Notes: generated by a model from the sequence alone, not told the origin. A stretch of 64,000 nt of DNA from Alphaproteobacteria bacterium (GCA_965227515.1 CBDDFZ010000002.1:128001-192000); one strand, 5' to 3'; positions 1 to 10,222 are shown, counted from the stretch's first letter. Numbers and translations: made by a program.

Positions 1-301
1 CGTCGGTCGGCGATTCCGAGCCGAGCAGCAGGATGTTCGCGCCGATCATGTTGCCGGCCACGGTCGCCCCCACATAGACCGGGTCGAAGAAGCCGTTACC
101 GGCGGTGTGGGTGACGATGGCGAAGGTCAGCACGCCGTCGTTGGAGTGAAAGTTCTTGGTGTCCGGGTGCTCCTGTGCCGCGTCCTCGAAGCTGTAGCCG
201 CCGACGGCGGAGTCCACACTGCCCGACTGTGCCCATGCCGCCGTCGCCGTTGCCGCGACGATGATCCCGGCCAACGCACCGATGTTCCAATGGTTTCGCA
301 A
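1..301 (-). CDS. Sugar ABC transporter substrate-binding protein (RbsB-like), 5' part; runs off the left edge
   Basis: Not in the ORF track. Manual translation from TTG at 301 (GGGAGG RBS upstream) gives LRNHWNIGALAGIIVAATATAAWAQ (signal peptide ending AWA), then ...TFAIVTHTAGNGFFDPVYVGA..., typical of type 1 periplasmic binding proteins. Confidence 0.75.
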   Translation of the reverse strand, partial: MRNHWNIGALAGIIVAATATAAWAQSGSVDSAVGGYSFEDAAQEHPDTKNFHSNDGVLTFAIVTHTAGNGFFDPVYVGATVAGNMIGANILLLGSESPTD

Positions 302-846
302 CGTATCCTCCCTTTGCTTGATTGCTGTTGTTTGGTTGCTGCGGGCTTTTGTACCCATTCTTCTGGTATTAAGGCCAGACTATGCGGGATTGGGAAAACC
401 TTTGCAACGGTCGGAATTGCCAGGAATTCATGATTCGCCATGCTGTTCGAAGAATCGCCGGCAGGGCGATGCCTTATGGCCGGCCCGCGCGCGGACCACC
501 CGTCGCTGGCGGGCTAGTCCAATGATTTCGAACGATTCCAAGCCATGAGAGGTGCGTGGCCCGGCGCCCGCGCGATGTCAGGCTGGCAATACGCCGACAT
601 TGCGCCGCGACGTGGTGTCCGGATTGCACCGGGCACTGGCGCCAGCACAAGGCCGTAACAATAATTATCCGATCAGTCGGTACGCATCCTTGCTCTTGAT
701 CTAATTTCCATTGGCAAGCTATGGTTTTGGGTACGTCGGGCGGTCGCGGGAGCGGTGTTCCGTGCCCGTCCGGGTGAGACGCCGGCAACCAAGAATAGTG
801 GGCCAAAAGGCCACAACCGGTCGGGCACGAAAACGGGAGGATTACG

Positions 847-2124
847 TTGGCACACTTCAACCGCATTATTGCCGTGGCCGCGGGCGGCCTGGTGGCGACG
901 ACGATGGCTGCCGAGGCGCAGCAGACCGTAGTCTGGTGGGACTTTCTGGCCGGCGGCGACGGCGTGCGTATGCGCACGCTGATCGACGAGTTCAATGCCG
1001 AGCACGACGGCGAGATCCTGATCGAGCCGACGACGCTGGAATGGGGCGTGCCCTACTACTCGAAAGTCCAGACGTCCACCGCGGTCGGCGAGGGGCCGGA
1101 CATGATGACGTACCACACGTCGCGCATTCCGCTCGCGGTGGACAACGACATCCTGGATCCGATCACCGCCGACGACATGGCCGCCATGGGCCTGGGCCAG
1201 TCCGATTTCGCATCGGCCCTGTGGGACGCCGTGCAGCTTGATGGGCAGCAATATGCGGTGCCGTTCGATACCCATCCGATCGTGCTCTACTACAACAAGG
1301 AGAAGTTGGCCGAAGCTGGTCTGCTGGGCGACGATGGCCTGCCCACCGGCCTGGACGGCATCGACAACTTCAATGCCGCCCTGCAGGCCCTGCAGGACGG
1401 CGGCACCACCTGGGGCATGTCGACCTTCACCGCCGGCGGCAACTTCCAGTTCCGAACCATCTATTCCCTGCTGTGCCAGCAGGACGGTGAGATGCTGACC
1501 GACGGCGAATGGCTGGCCGGCGACAATTACGACAAGCTGGTCAATGCCCTGCGCGTCGTGTCCGACTGGGTCGGCGATGGGCACGTGCCGGAATATACCG
1601 AATATCCGGCCGCGATTGCGCTGTTCACCTCTGGCGAATCCGCCATGCACATCAACGGTGTGTGGGAAGTGCCGACCATGGTCGACCTGCAGGAGAAGGG
1701 TGAGCTGTTCGAATGGGGCGCGGTCGAGCTGCCGGTGTTCTTCGACCACCCGTGCACCTATGCCGACTCCCACGCGTTCGCCATTCCCAACAACCAGGGC
1801 AACGAAATCTCCGCCGAGAAGCGCGCCGCGGTGCTGACCGTGATCGCGTGGATGCTGGAGCACGGCCTGTTCTGGGCCACCGCCGGCCACATCCCGGCGC
1901 TGAACGCCGTGACCTCGTCGGATGACTACCAGGCGATGGAGCCGAACGCGACCTATGCCGTGCTGTCGGCGAACATGATCTTCGACCCCAAGTCGATTTT
2001 TGCCGGCGTGGCCGGGCCAATGTTCGAAGCGGCGGGCAACAGCTTCACCGCCAGCGTCAATGGCGAGATGGATGCCGAAGAAGCGGTCGCGCTGATGAAG
2101 GACGAGCTGGAATTCATGCAGTAG
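847..2124 (+). CDS. CUT1 sugar ABC transporter substrate-binding protein
   Basis: GGGAGG RBS before TTG; Sec signal ending AEA; VVWWDF start and YAVPFD..PIVLYYNK motif; followed by two permeases. Confidence 0.9.
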   Translation: MAHFNRIIAVAAGGLVATTMAAEAQQTVVWWDFLAGGDGVRMRTLIDEFNAEHDGEILIEPTTLEWGVPYYSKVQTSTAVGEGPDMMTYHTSRIPLAVDNDILDPITADDMAAMGLGQSDFASALWDAVQLDGQQYAVPFDTHPIVLYYNKEKLAEAGLLGDDGLPTGLDGIDNFNAALQALQDGGTTWGMSTFTAGGNFQFRTIYSLLCQQDGEMLTDGEWLAGDNYDKLVNALRVVSDWVGDGHVPEYTEYPAAIALFTSGESAMHINGVWEVPTMVDLQEKGELFEWGAVELPVFFDHPCTYADSHAFAIPNNQGNEISAEKRAAVLTVIAWMLEHGLFWATAGHIPALNAVTSSDDYQAMEPNATYAVLSANMIFDPKSIFAGVAGPMFEAAGNSFTASVNGEMDAEEAVALMKDELEFMQ

Positions 2125-2204
2125 CGGGCAGGTGAACCGATGCGGGCCGGGGTCGATGTTGGACGCCGGCCCATTGTGCATGCCACGGGCGGCAGATCCT
2201 CAGC

Positions 2205-3083
2205 ATGACAGGTAGCCGACGCAGCGAAGGGCTCGTCGCGCTGGTGCTGGTGGCACCATTCGTCATCATCTACGGGTGGATGTTCATCTATCCGACCGTG
2301 CAGATGGTCGGGCTCAGTTTCACCGACGCCAAGCTCATCGGCGGCGGCGAGTGGAACGACTTCTGGAATTACGACCGCCTGTTCAACGACCGCACGTTCG
2401 GCGTTGCGGTCTGGAACACGCTCTATTTCGTGCTGCTGACGGTGATCCCCGGCACCCTGACGGCGCTCGGCATCGCGCTGATGGTCAGCCGTCTGAAGGG
2501 CTGGATGCAAAGCGGCATCCTGGCCGCGTTCTTCCTGCCGTTCATCCTTCCGGTCTCGGTCGTCTATCGGATCTGGGAATGGGTGTTCAACCTGCAGTTC
2601 GGCATCGGGCAATACGTCATCGAGCCGATCGTCGGCGAGCCGGTCGCGGTTTGGCGGCGGTACGAATGGTTCATGCCCATGGCCGGCCTCGTCACCATCT
2701 GGTGGACGTGCGGCTTCAGCGTCTTGTTGTTCCTGGCCGGTCTGCGCAACATTCCGCAGGAGATGTACGAGGCCGCGTCGCTGGACGGCGCCAACCGCTG
2801 GCTCAAGTTCCTGCGCATCACCTGGCCCTTGATCTGGCCGGTGACCGTGCTGGTGCTGACCATCCAGCTCATCCTCCAGCTCAAGATCTTCGACCAGATC
2901 TATCTGTTCGCACAGGGCGGGCGCACCAACTCCACGATGGTCCTGGTGCAGTACATCTACGAGCAGGCATTCGTGCACAACCGCGGCGGCTACGCGGCCA
3001 CCGTGGCCCTGGCGCTGTTCGTGCTGATCGTTGTCGTCTCCGTGCTGCAGTTCCAAGCCTTGCGCGTACGGGGCGCGCGATGA
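2205..3083 (+). CDS. Carbohydrate ABC transporter permease (MalF-like)
   Basis: Multiple TM segments; EAA loop YEAASLDGA. Confidence 0.92.
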   Translation: MTGSRRSEGLVALVLVAPFVIIYGWMFIYPTVQMVGLSFTDAKLIGGGEWNDFWNYDRLFNDRTFGVAVWNTLYFVLLTVIPGTLTALGIALMVSRLKGWMQSGILAAFFLPFILPVSVVYRIWEWVFNLQFGIGQYVIEPIVGEPVAVWRRYEWFMPMAGLVTIWWTCGFSVLLFLAGLRNIPQEMYEAASLDGANRWLKFLRITWPLIWPVTVLVLTIQLILQLKIFDQIYLFAQGGRTNSTMVLVQYIYEQAFVHNRGGYAATVALALFVLIVVVSVLQFQALRVRGAR

Positions 3084-3967
3084 GCGCGTCCGCAGCAGGG
3101 ACACGGACTTCGGCCATGACGGAGGCGCAGGCCCGACGCATCCGCCGGTTCGACATCGCCGGCCTGGCGCTGACGCTGCTGACCGTTTTGTGCGCCATCA
3201 TCTGGGCCTTTCCACTGTACTGGGCGATTGTCACCACACTGAAGCCCGAACACGAGGTGACCCGTCCCTATATCGAGATGCTGCCGGAGACCTGGAGCAT
3301 CGAAGCCTATGTCCACGTTCTGACCAACACCAAGATCGGCTACTGGTACATCAACTCGCTTGCAACGTCGGCCGCGATCACGGTGGTCGTCATCCTGATG
3401 GGAATGATGGCGGGCTATGCCATCTCGCGGCTGAATTTTCCGGGCCGGCGGGTGTTGTGGTGGACGATCCTGGCCAGCTTCATGATCCCGATCCCGGCGT
3501 TGATCGTGAACCACTACATCCTGATGTCGGACGTGGGGTTCCTGAACTCCTGGCTCGGCATCATCGTGCCCCAGCTCATCGCGCCGGTGGTCGTCATTGT
3601 CTACAAGCAGTTCTTCGATTCTGTTCCGAGGGAGTTCAGCGAGGCGGCCATCATCGATGGGGCCAACCACTTCCAGCTGCTGTTTCGAATCTACGTACCG
3701 ACCAACTGGGGCGTGACCACCGCGCTGGCCGTTATCACTTTCATCGGTGGCTGGAATGCGTTCCTGTGGCCATTCCTGGCGGCAACGACCGAGGACATGA
3801 TGACGATCACCGTCGGCATTACCCAGGTGAATGATGCCTTCGGTGTCTTCTATGCGCGCGACCTCGCCGCCGCCGTCATGGCCGGGCTGCCGGTGGCGAT
3901 CATCTACCTGATTTTCCAGCGCCGGGTGACCCAGGCGATCACGCTCTCGGCGGGGATCAAGGGGTAA
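3080..3967 (+). CDS. Carbohydrate ABC transporter permease (MalG-like)
   Basis: ATGA overlap with the upstream gene; EAAIIDGA loop; WNAFLWP motif. Confidence 0.92.
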   Translation: MSASAAGTRTSAMTEAQARRIRRFDIAGLALTLLTVLCAIIWAFPLYWAIVTTLKPEHEVTRPYIEMLPETWSIEAYVHVLTNTKIGYWYINSLATSAAITVVVILMGMMAGYAISRLNFPGRRVLWWTILASFMIPIPALIVNHYILMSDVGFLNSWLGIIVPQLIAPVVVIVYKQFFDSVPREFSEAAIIDGANHFQLLFRIYVPTNWGVTTALAVITFIGGWNAFLWPFLAATTEDMMTITVGITQVNDAFGVFYARDLAAAVMAGLPVAIIYLIFQRRVTQAITLSAGIKG

Positions 3968-3994
3968 GGCTCCGCTCTAAGAATTGAATATTCC

Positions 3995-4172
3995 TGTCTC
4001 CCTCGCCCTTGTGGCGAGGGCCCATTCAAATGCCATTCTCAGCGCATCCGATGTTCACTTGACGGCAGTGCCGCAACGTCTGCCGAGCGGCCGCCACATC
4101 GACCAGCAGTACCGCTTATGATTTCGGCGTATTGGACAACAATGGGTCCTCGCCACAAGGGCGAGGACGACA
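3995..4172. repeat. Inverted doublet of REP-like palindromic units between convergent genes
   Basis: 3995-4026 (tgtctccctcgcccttgtggcgagggcccatt) matches the reverse complement of 4141-4172 at 29 of 32 positions; each unit is itself a hairpin with a CTTGT/ACAAG loop. Confidence 0.75.
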
Positions 4173-4239
4173 ACGGTATTTTCGGCTTCAGGCCGTCGCC
4201 CAAATGCGTAAGGCCAGCCACGACACGGACGGAGGCATC

Positions 4240-5751
4240 TCAGCCCACCTTCACCCGCAGCAGGTGATAGGACAGCGGCGGCAGCGACGCCTTCACACGC
4301 CCGTCTTCAACGATTGCGCCGGTCCCGTCTACCGGGGCGACATTGTCCGGATCGTCCGCCGTGTTGACCGCCTCCAGGTCGTCGTGGCGGATCATCTTGT
4401 GCATGTCCACACGCGCGTCGCCGAACCCCTCAAGCGCGATGTCCAGATCAAGGCTTTCGGTGCCGTGACGGTTGACGGCAAAGAATGTCACCGTGCCGCC
4501 CGCGGCATCGCGCACCCCGGCGATGTCGATATAGGGCACGTCGCCCACATCGACCGTGTCGTACGTGGGGCAGTCGACCGCCAGCCGCAGCGCCTCGCCA
4601 CGCCCATAGATCGATGCGTATAGGTACGGGTAGTAGATCGTCTGCCGCCAGGCGCGCCCGCCCGGCTCGGTCATAATAGGCGCGATCACGTTGACGAGCT
4701 GGGCGATGCAGCCGATCTTCACCACGTCGGCGCGGCGGATGAACGTGTTCAGGATGGCGCCGACCTGCAGCACATCCTCGAAATTGTAGATGTCCTCCAG
4801 CACTGGCGGGGCATGCGGCCAGTCGACACCATGCAGGATCGCTTTGTCCTGCTCGCGGGTGTGGTACCAGACGTTCCATTCGTCGAACGAGATGTATACC
4901 TGCCGCTTGGAGCGTTTCTTCGCCTTCACATAGTCGATGATGCCGGCGACGGTGCCGATATAGGTGTCGAGCTTCTTGGCGAGCCCGAGGAAGCGCTGAT
5001 TGTCCTTCTCGTTGTTCGCGAAGTACATGTGGAGCGAGATGTAGTCGACCTCGTCATAGCTCTGGTCGAGCACCGTGGCCTCCCACTCTGGATAGGTCGG
5101 CATGTCGGAGTTCGACGAACCGCAGACCACCAGCTCCAGCGATGGGTCGAAGGCGCGGATCGCCTTTGCAGTGTTGTTGGCCAGCTTGCCGTATTCCGCC
5201 GCCGACTTGTTGCCGATCTGCCAGGGCCCGTCCATCTCGTTGCCCAGGCACCACAGCCGGCAGTTCCAGGGCTCGGTCTGCCCGTTCTTCTTGCGCAGGT
5301 CGCTCCAATAGCTGCCGCCGGGGTGATTGACGTACTCCACGAAATTGCGTGCCGCATCCAGCCCGCGCGAGCCCAGATTGACTGCCAGCATCATCTCCGT
5401 GCCGACGGTGTCGCACCAATTTGCGAACTCGTGGATGCCGACGTGGTTCGACTCCGATGTGTGCCAGGCCAGGTCCAGGCGCGTCGGCCGCTCTTCGCGC
5501 GGCCCGATGCCGTCCTCCCAATTGTAGGCTGAGACGAAGTTGCCGCCGGGATAGCGCACCATCGGGATGTTCAGTGCGCGCACCAGGTCCGCCACGTCGC
5601 CGCGCATGCCGTCGGAGTCGGCACTCGGGTGGTCGGGCTCGTAGATGCCGCTGTAGACGGCCCGGCCCAGATGCTCGAGGAAGGCCCCGTAGAGACGATC
5701 GTCGATCGCGGCGATCACATAGTCCCTGTGCGCCGTGACGCGCGCCCGCAT
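4240..5751 (-). CDS. abfA: Alpha-L-arabinofuranosidase, glycoside hydrolase family 51
   Basis: FLEHLGRAVYSG, RYPGGNFVS.Y.WEDG.GP, WCLGNEMDG (acid/base Glu), SFDEWNVW (nucleophile Glu), AQLVNVIAP; no signal peptide; GGAGGA RBS before ATG 5751. Confidence 0.95.
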   Translation of the reverse strand: MRARVTAHRDYVIAAIDDRLYGAFLEHLGRAVYSGIYEPDHPSADSDGMRGDVADLVRALNIPMVRYPGGNFVSAYNWEDGIGPREERPTRLDLAWHTSESNHVGIHEFANWCDTVGTEMMLAVNLGSRGLDAARNFVEYVNHPGGSYWSDLRKKNGQTEPWNCRLWCLGNEMDGPWQIGNKSAAEYGKLANNTAKAIRAFDPSLELVVCGSSNSDMPTYPEWEATVLDQSYDEVDYISLHMYFANNEKDNQRFLGLAKKLDTYIGTVAGIIDYVKAKKRSKRQVYISFDEWNVWYHTREQDKAILHGVDWPHAPPVLEDIYNFEDVLQVGAILNTFIRRADVVKIGCIAQLVNVIAPIMTEPGGRAWRQTIYYPYLYASIYGRGEALRLAVDCPTYDTVDVGDVPYIDIAGVRDAAGGTVTFFAVNRHGTESLDLDIALEGFGDARVDMHKMIRHDDLEAVNTADDPDNVAPVDGTGAIVEDGRVKASLPPLSYHLLRVKVG

Positions 5752-5838
5752 GGGTTCCTCCATACATGTTTAATTCAACATTACCCGTTTTGTATCGGAT
5801 TTGTCGGTATGGAGGAAGGCCGATGAGCAGCGTGCGCG

Positions 5839-6768
5839 CTATTTCCGCGTGCTGAGGCGCAGGATGATGTCCTGGTCGTAATTGCCGAATCCCCGGCCGA
5901 ACAGGTTCATGCCGCCGGGATTGCGCGCATCCGGCCGGACACCGACCCGCACGCGGATGGAATGGTGATTGGCGACCTCCAGGTCCGCCAGCGAAACATC
6001 CGATATGCGCACGCCGTCGACATAGGTACCGTCGCCGTTGATCCGCCAGCTCTTCAACTTGCCGTACTGGGAGCCGGCGAGTTTCCACCAGGCGGGCGTG
6101 TAGACGCCGCGCTTGTCGCCGAAGTCCCCCGGCGAGGTCCAGGTGCCGGCGTCGATACCGTTCACCGATAGCGTGATGTCCGACGGCCAGTCGGCACTGG
6201 TGCCCGGCACCTCCGAACTCAGCTCCATTACGACTTCCAGTTGTTCGATCTCCTCCATGCTGGAGCGCGCGTTGTTCGGGAACTGGTACTCGACATAGCC
6301 GCGCGTGAACCACAGCAGTCCCGTCTTCATCCGCGCCGGCTCCAGGAAGGAGTCCGGCACGTCGAGCAGGCCGATGATGCCTTCGGTGGAGCAGAGCCCG
6401 CACGGCGCGCTGACCTCGCAACTGGTGTAGAGGCCGAGCGGCATCGACACCTCGATGGCATCGGATTTCAGGCTGTCCAGGTCCTCCTTGAAGACGACGA
6501 GCACCTCGTCGAAGGTTGATCGGCACACCTTCTGGTTGCCCTTGCGCGCCTTCTGCGTCTCCGACCGGACGAGCCCAGCGTCCTCCAGAATCTGCACGTT
6601 TGCCGAGACCGTGGACTGTGGAAGCGACAGTTTGGCCGCAATCTCGTTGACGTTCAGGGCACCGTTCTGGTGCAGCACCTTCAGGATGCCGACCCGTGGG
6701 GCGGAAGCGAGGCTCTTCAGGACATGCAGGCCATCTTCAGGGTCGATCACCAGGAAGTTGCGGCTCAT
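5839..6768 (-). CDS. ArsR-type winged-helix regulator with a large C-terminal beta-rich domain (COG4189-like)
   Basis: N-terminal LKSLAS..R..IL..L...LNVNEIA..L.LPQSTVS HTH; C-terminal PCGL, ELSSEVPG, WPSDI, WTSPGDFG..RG..TP.WW, GG.NLFG.GFGNY motifs. Confidence 0.85.
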   Translation of the reverse strand: MSRNFLVIDPEDGLHVLKSLASAPRVGILKVLHQNGALNVNEIAAKLSLPQSTVSANVQILEDAGLVRSETQKARKGNQKVCRSTFDEVLVVFKEDLDSLKSDAIEVSMPLGLYTSCEVSAPCGLCSTEGIIGLLDVPDSFLEPARMKTGLLWFTRGYVEYQFPNNARSSMEEIEQLEVVMELSSEVPGTSADWPSDITLSVNGIDAGTWTSPGDFGDKRGVYTPAWWKLAGSQYGKLKSWRINGDGTYVDGVRISDVSLADLEVANHHSIRVRVGVRPDARNPGGMNLFGRGFGNYDQDIILRLSTRK

Positions 6769-6994
6769 TAAGGCTCCATACAATTGTCGCGCGGTTTTGC
6801 GCGCGCAGCGTTTTTTGTTCCCATTTTGCCGATGCAGTCAATGGTGCGCTGACCGCCGAGCCGGTCCGCAGCCATGTTTGGTCATGGCTATGACCTGGCG
6901 CGCTCCAGCACGAAACACACCGCACGAGACGGCAATTCCGCCCGCATTCTCCAGCTTATTCGCACTTGTGGTGCAACCCAAGGCGGGGTAATCT

Positions 6995-7018
6995 AACTAG
7001 GAAAACGTTTTCCTAGTT
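6995..7018. promoter_or_regulatory. LacI-family operator (perfect 24-bp palindrome)
   Basis: AACTAGGAAAACGTTTTCCTAGTT is its own reverse complement, has a central CG, and lies about 95 bp upstream of the SBP at 7114. Confidence 0.85.
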
Positions 7019-7113
7019 TCCTAATGCGGTTCCTTCACGCAGTGCCGTCGAAGCCGACCATTGGCACCGGTGGGGATCGCGGAACGAAGAAATAACGACA
7101 AGCAAGGGAGGAC

Positions 7114-8382
7114 ATGATGGGCAACCAGCTATCAAGGCGCCGATTGATCACTTCGTCTGCGGCAGCATTTGGCGCGGGGTCCGTTGCCGCGCCTTTCATC
7201 AATCGTGCCCGTGCCCAGGAGAACAGGATCACGATTGGCATGGAGGTTGGATCGCCCTACGACACCTTCTACCGGGATCATGCCACCACCTTCACCGAGG
7301 CGACCGGTGTAGATGTGGAGTTCATCTCGATACCGCACGACAACATCCGCCAGCAGTTCGTGCTGGACGCATTGTCTGGCGCCGGCGGTTTCGACGTCTA
7401 CATTGCGGATCAGGTCTGGCTGCCTGAATTCTACGAGAAAGGGTTCATCACGGACCTGACCGATGCGGTCGCGGCAGACGACCTCGCCGATTTCTCCGCC
7501 ACGGCCATCGACACCGTCAGCTATCAGGGGGCGCTGGTGGCGTTGCCGATCATGGTCCACAACTGTGCCATGTACTGGCGGACCGATCTGCTGCAGGCGG
7601 CCGGGTTCGCCGCGCCTCCCGCAAGCTGGGAGGAATATCGCGAGGTTGCGCGCGCCACCACGTCCGGCGACGTGTGGGGCACGATGATTCTGTCCAAGCA
7701 GGGTATCGAGGCGGCAACCCGCCTGAACGCGTTCTATCAGCAGAGCGGCAGCGACATTGTCGATGCGAGCGGTAATGCCACTATCGACACAGAGGCGGGG
7801 CGCGCCGCGCTGGAGTTCATGACCGCCTTGGTGTTCGAAGACAAGGCTGCGCCGGAAGGCGTGCTCGAACTGCCGGACATGCAAGGTGCCTGGCTGGAGG
7901 GCGAGCTCGCGCTGGCGCCGGTATGGCCCTACCTCTATTCGCTGTCGAAGGAGCCGCTCGGCGACACATTCGCCATCGGCACGGCGCCGGGCAACCCGGA
8001 CGATGGCGGCACGGTCTATTCGTGGGGGTTCGCCGCAGCCGCCGGTGCGCCGAACCCAGACGCGGCACTCGAATGGGTGAGATGGGCCACCAGCACGGAG
8101 ACGCTGTATCAGTTCGGCAAGGAGTGGCTGAATCCGGTGCCGCGCCAGTCGGCCATCGATCTGGTCAACGCGGACGCCGACATTGGCGACGACGACAAGG
8201 CCGCGATCTCGGCCTTTGCCGCCTCCGCCGCCGCCGGCACCAGCATGCCGATGATCCCGCAATATGCGCAGCTTCTTGACGTGCTGGGCATCATGCAGTC
8301 GGGCGTCATGTCCGGTGCATTGACGATCGATGAGGCGCTGGCCGAGGGCCAGGAGCGCGCGGATGCCATCATGGCGGGCTGA
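7114..8382 (+). CDS. CUT1 sugar ABC transporter substrate-binding protein, Tat-exported
   Basis: GGGAGG RBS; SRRRLI twin-arginine signal ending ARA; ALP......YWRTDLL motif. Confidence 0.9.
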   Translation: MMGNQLSRRRLITSSAAAFGAGSVAAPFINRARAQENRITIGMEVGSPYDTFYRDHATTFTEATGVDVEFISIPHDNIRQQFVLDALSGAGGFDVYIADQVWLPEFYEKGFITDLTDAVAADDLADFSATAIDTVSYQGALVALPIMVHNCAMYWRTDLLQAAGFAAPPASWEEYREVARATTSGDVWGTMILSKQGIEAATRLNAFYQQSGSDIVDASGNATIDTEAGRAALEFMTALVFEDKAAPEGVLELPDMQGAWLEGELALAPVWPYLYSLSKEPLGDTFAIGTAPGNPDDGGTVYSWGFAAAAGAPNPDAALEWVRWATSTETLYQFGKEWLNPVPRQSAIDLVNADADIGDDDKAAISAFAASAAAGTSMPMIPQYAQLLDVLGIMQSGVMSGALTIDEALAEGQERADAIMAG

Positions 8383-8403
8383 CGCTTTCGTTGCGAGGCG
8401 GTC

Positions 8404-9315
8404 GTGCCGCATCAAATCGCCTCTCGCGGCACCGATCTGGGGCGCCGGCGCCGTGTGACGGGCATACTGCTCACGGCGCCCGCGCTCGTCGCCATTGCGG
8501 CGACCATCGTCTACCCGATCGGGTGGACCCTGTTCATCAGTATGAACCATGCCGACTACGCCATGACCGGCGTGGCGGACCTTGTGGGGCCCGACCACTA
8601 TGTGCGCATAGCCGGCCTGGTCGACTTCCAGCGCGCGTTGTTGCAAACGCTTGGCTTCGTCGCCACCGCATTCTTGCTCGAAGCGGTGCTGGCGCTGCCC
8701 ATCGCGTTGGCCCTGCATCGCGGGCTGCGCGGCCATCGCGTTTTCCGGGCGCTGATCGCTCTGCCATTGATGGTCGCGCCCGTGGTCGGTGCCCTGGCTT
8801 GGCGGTTCGTGTTCGTCGATGGCTACGGCATGGTGGATTCGATCGCCGCCTGGCTTGGTACCGACGGGCCGCTATGGTTCTCCGACGTGTGGTTGGCGCG
8901 GGTGGCAATCCTGATCGCGAACCTGTGGCTGGCCCTGCCGTTCGACGTGCTGATGCTGCTGGCCGGTCTGGCAAGCCTGCCGTCGGAGCCCGTCGAGGCC
9001 GCACGGATCGATGGTGCCAGTACCCTCCAGACCTTGATCAGGGTCACCCTGCCGTTGCTGCGTTCGGTGATCCTGATCATCGTGGTTGTGCGGCTGGCGG
9101 ATGCATTCCGAATCTTCGACGTGTCCTACGTGCTGACCGCGGGCGGACCCGCAAACAGCACCGATGTGCTGTCGACGTTCATCTACCGCCAAATGTTCAC
9201 GTCCTTCGATTTCGCCGGAGGCTCGGCGGCATCGATCATGCTGGTGGCGATCACCGCCGCAGCTTCGTTGTTGGCCGTCTTCCTGCTGCGCGAGAAGTGG
9301 CGGTCGGCGACATGA
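8404..9315 (+). CDS. Carbohydrate ABC transporter permease (MalF-like)
   Basis: EAARIDGA loop; FRIFD....LT.GGP motif. Confidence 0.9.
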   Translation: MPHQIASRGTDLGRRRRVTGILLTAPALVAIAATIVYPIGWTLFISMNHADYAMTGVADLVGPDHYVRIAGLVDFQRALLQTLGFVATAFLLEAVLALPIALALHRGLRGHRVFRALIALPLMVAPVVGALAWRFVFVDGYGMVDSIAAWLGTDGPLWFSDVWLARVAILIANLWLALPFDVLMLLAGLASLPSEPVEAARIDGASTLQTLIRVTLPLLRSVILIIVVVRLADAFRIFDVSYVLTAGGPANSTDVLSTFIYRQMFTSFDFAGGSAASIMLVAITAAASLLAVFLLREKWRSAT

Positions 9316-10163
9316 CCGTTCTCGGCGCACGACCCCGTCCGGGCCCGAACCTGGCGGATTACGCTCGCTGGGGCGGGCTTGCGTTGACCTGCCTGCTGAT
9401 GCTGGTGCCCGTCTTCTGGATCCTCTCGACATCGTTCAAGAGCGACGCTGAGGTGCTGGTCACGCCAAGCACGCTGTTGCCCCGCGATCCGATACTGGAC
9501 AATTATGCCACCGCGCTGGGGGGCGACTTCCTCAGCTTCATGTCCAACAGCTTGATCGCGGCCAGCGGCGCAACTCTGCTGTGCCTTGTCCTCGGCATTC
9601 CCGCTGCCTTCGGGTTCGCGAAATTCGGCTATCGAGGGTCCGGGGGCCTGCTGGCGTTCATCGTGGTCACCCGTGTTTTCCCGCCGATCGCCTTGGCGCT
9701 GCCGTTCTTCCTGCAGTTCGGGGCGATCGGCCTGATCGATACGCCGTTCGGTCTCATCGTCGCCTATGTCCCCATCGTCCTTCCCCTGATGATCTGGATA
9801 CTGCACGGCTTCTTTCGCAACTTTCCCGATGAGCTGCTAGAGGCGGCCCGGGTCGATGGCCTCGGGGTCTTGCCGACCCTGATCCGCATCGTCATTCCGC
9901 TGTCACTGCCGGCCATCGGCACGGCAACTCTGTTCGGCTTCCTGGTTGCCTGGAACGAGTTCGTCATCGCGCTGACGCTGACACGCACGCCGGCGGGCCA
10001 GACCATGCCTGTCGGTATCTCGGGGCTGATCACCCAATTCACTGTGCTGTGGGGCGAGATGATGGCAGCGGCGGCGGTCTACCTGCTGCCAGTGCTGGTG
10101 GTCACGGTGCTGACACAGCGCGGTCTCGTCAGCGGCCTGATGGCTGGGGCGACCAAACACTAG
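9312..10163 (+). CDS. Carbohydrate ABC transporter permease (MalG-like)
   Basis: ATGA overlap; LLEAARVDG loop; AWNEF motif. Confidence 0.9.
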   Translation: MTVLGARPRPGPNLADYARWGGLALTCLLMLVPVFWILSTSFKSDAEVLVTPSTLLPRDPILDNYATALGGDFLSFMSNSLIAASGATLLCLVLGIPAAFGFAKFGYRGSGGLLAFIVVTRVFPPIALALPFFLQFGAIGLIDTPFGLIVAYVPIVLPLMIWILHGFFRNFPDELLEAARVDGLGVLPTLIRIVIPLSLPAIGTATLFGFLVAWNEFVIALTLTRTPAGQTMPVGISGLITQFTVLWGEMMAAAAVYLLPVLVVTVLTQRGLVSGLMAGATKH

Positions 10164-10222
10164 CAACCGACTATGAGAAGTGCGGGCCGGAAGCGCCGCA
10201 CAATCGGGGAGAAGAGAAGCAG

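Noticed and set aside
673-2181. 502-aa minus-strand ORF and similar long antisense ORFs (7132-8736, 23747-25477, 36223-38139, 61089-62762)
   Set aside because: Each mirrors a well-supported gene on the opposite strand and has low-complexity Arg/Gly/His/Val-rich composition
2276-3967. Apparent long N-terminal extensions (also 8391, 13379, 14941, 15690, 19174, 50798 starts)
   Set aside because: The extensions overlap upstream genes in another frame; internal starts with RBS or ATGA coupling give normal family lengths
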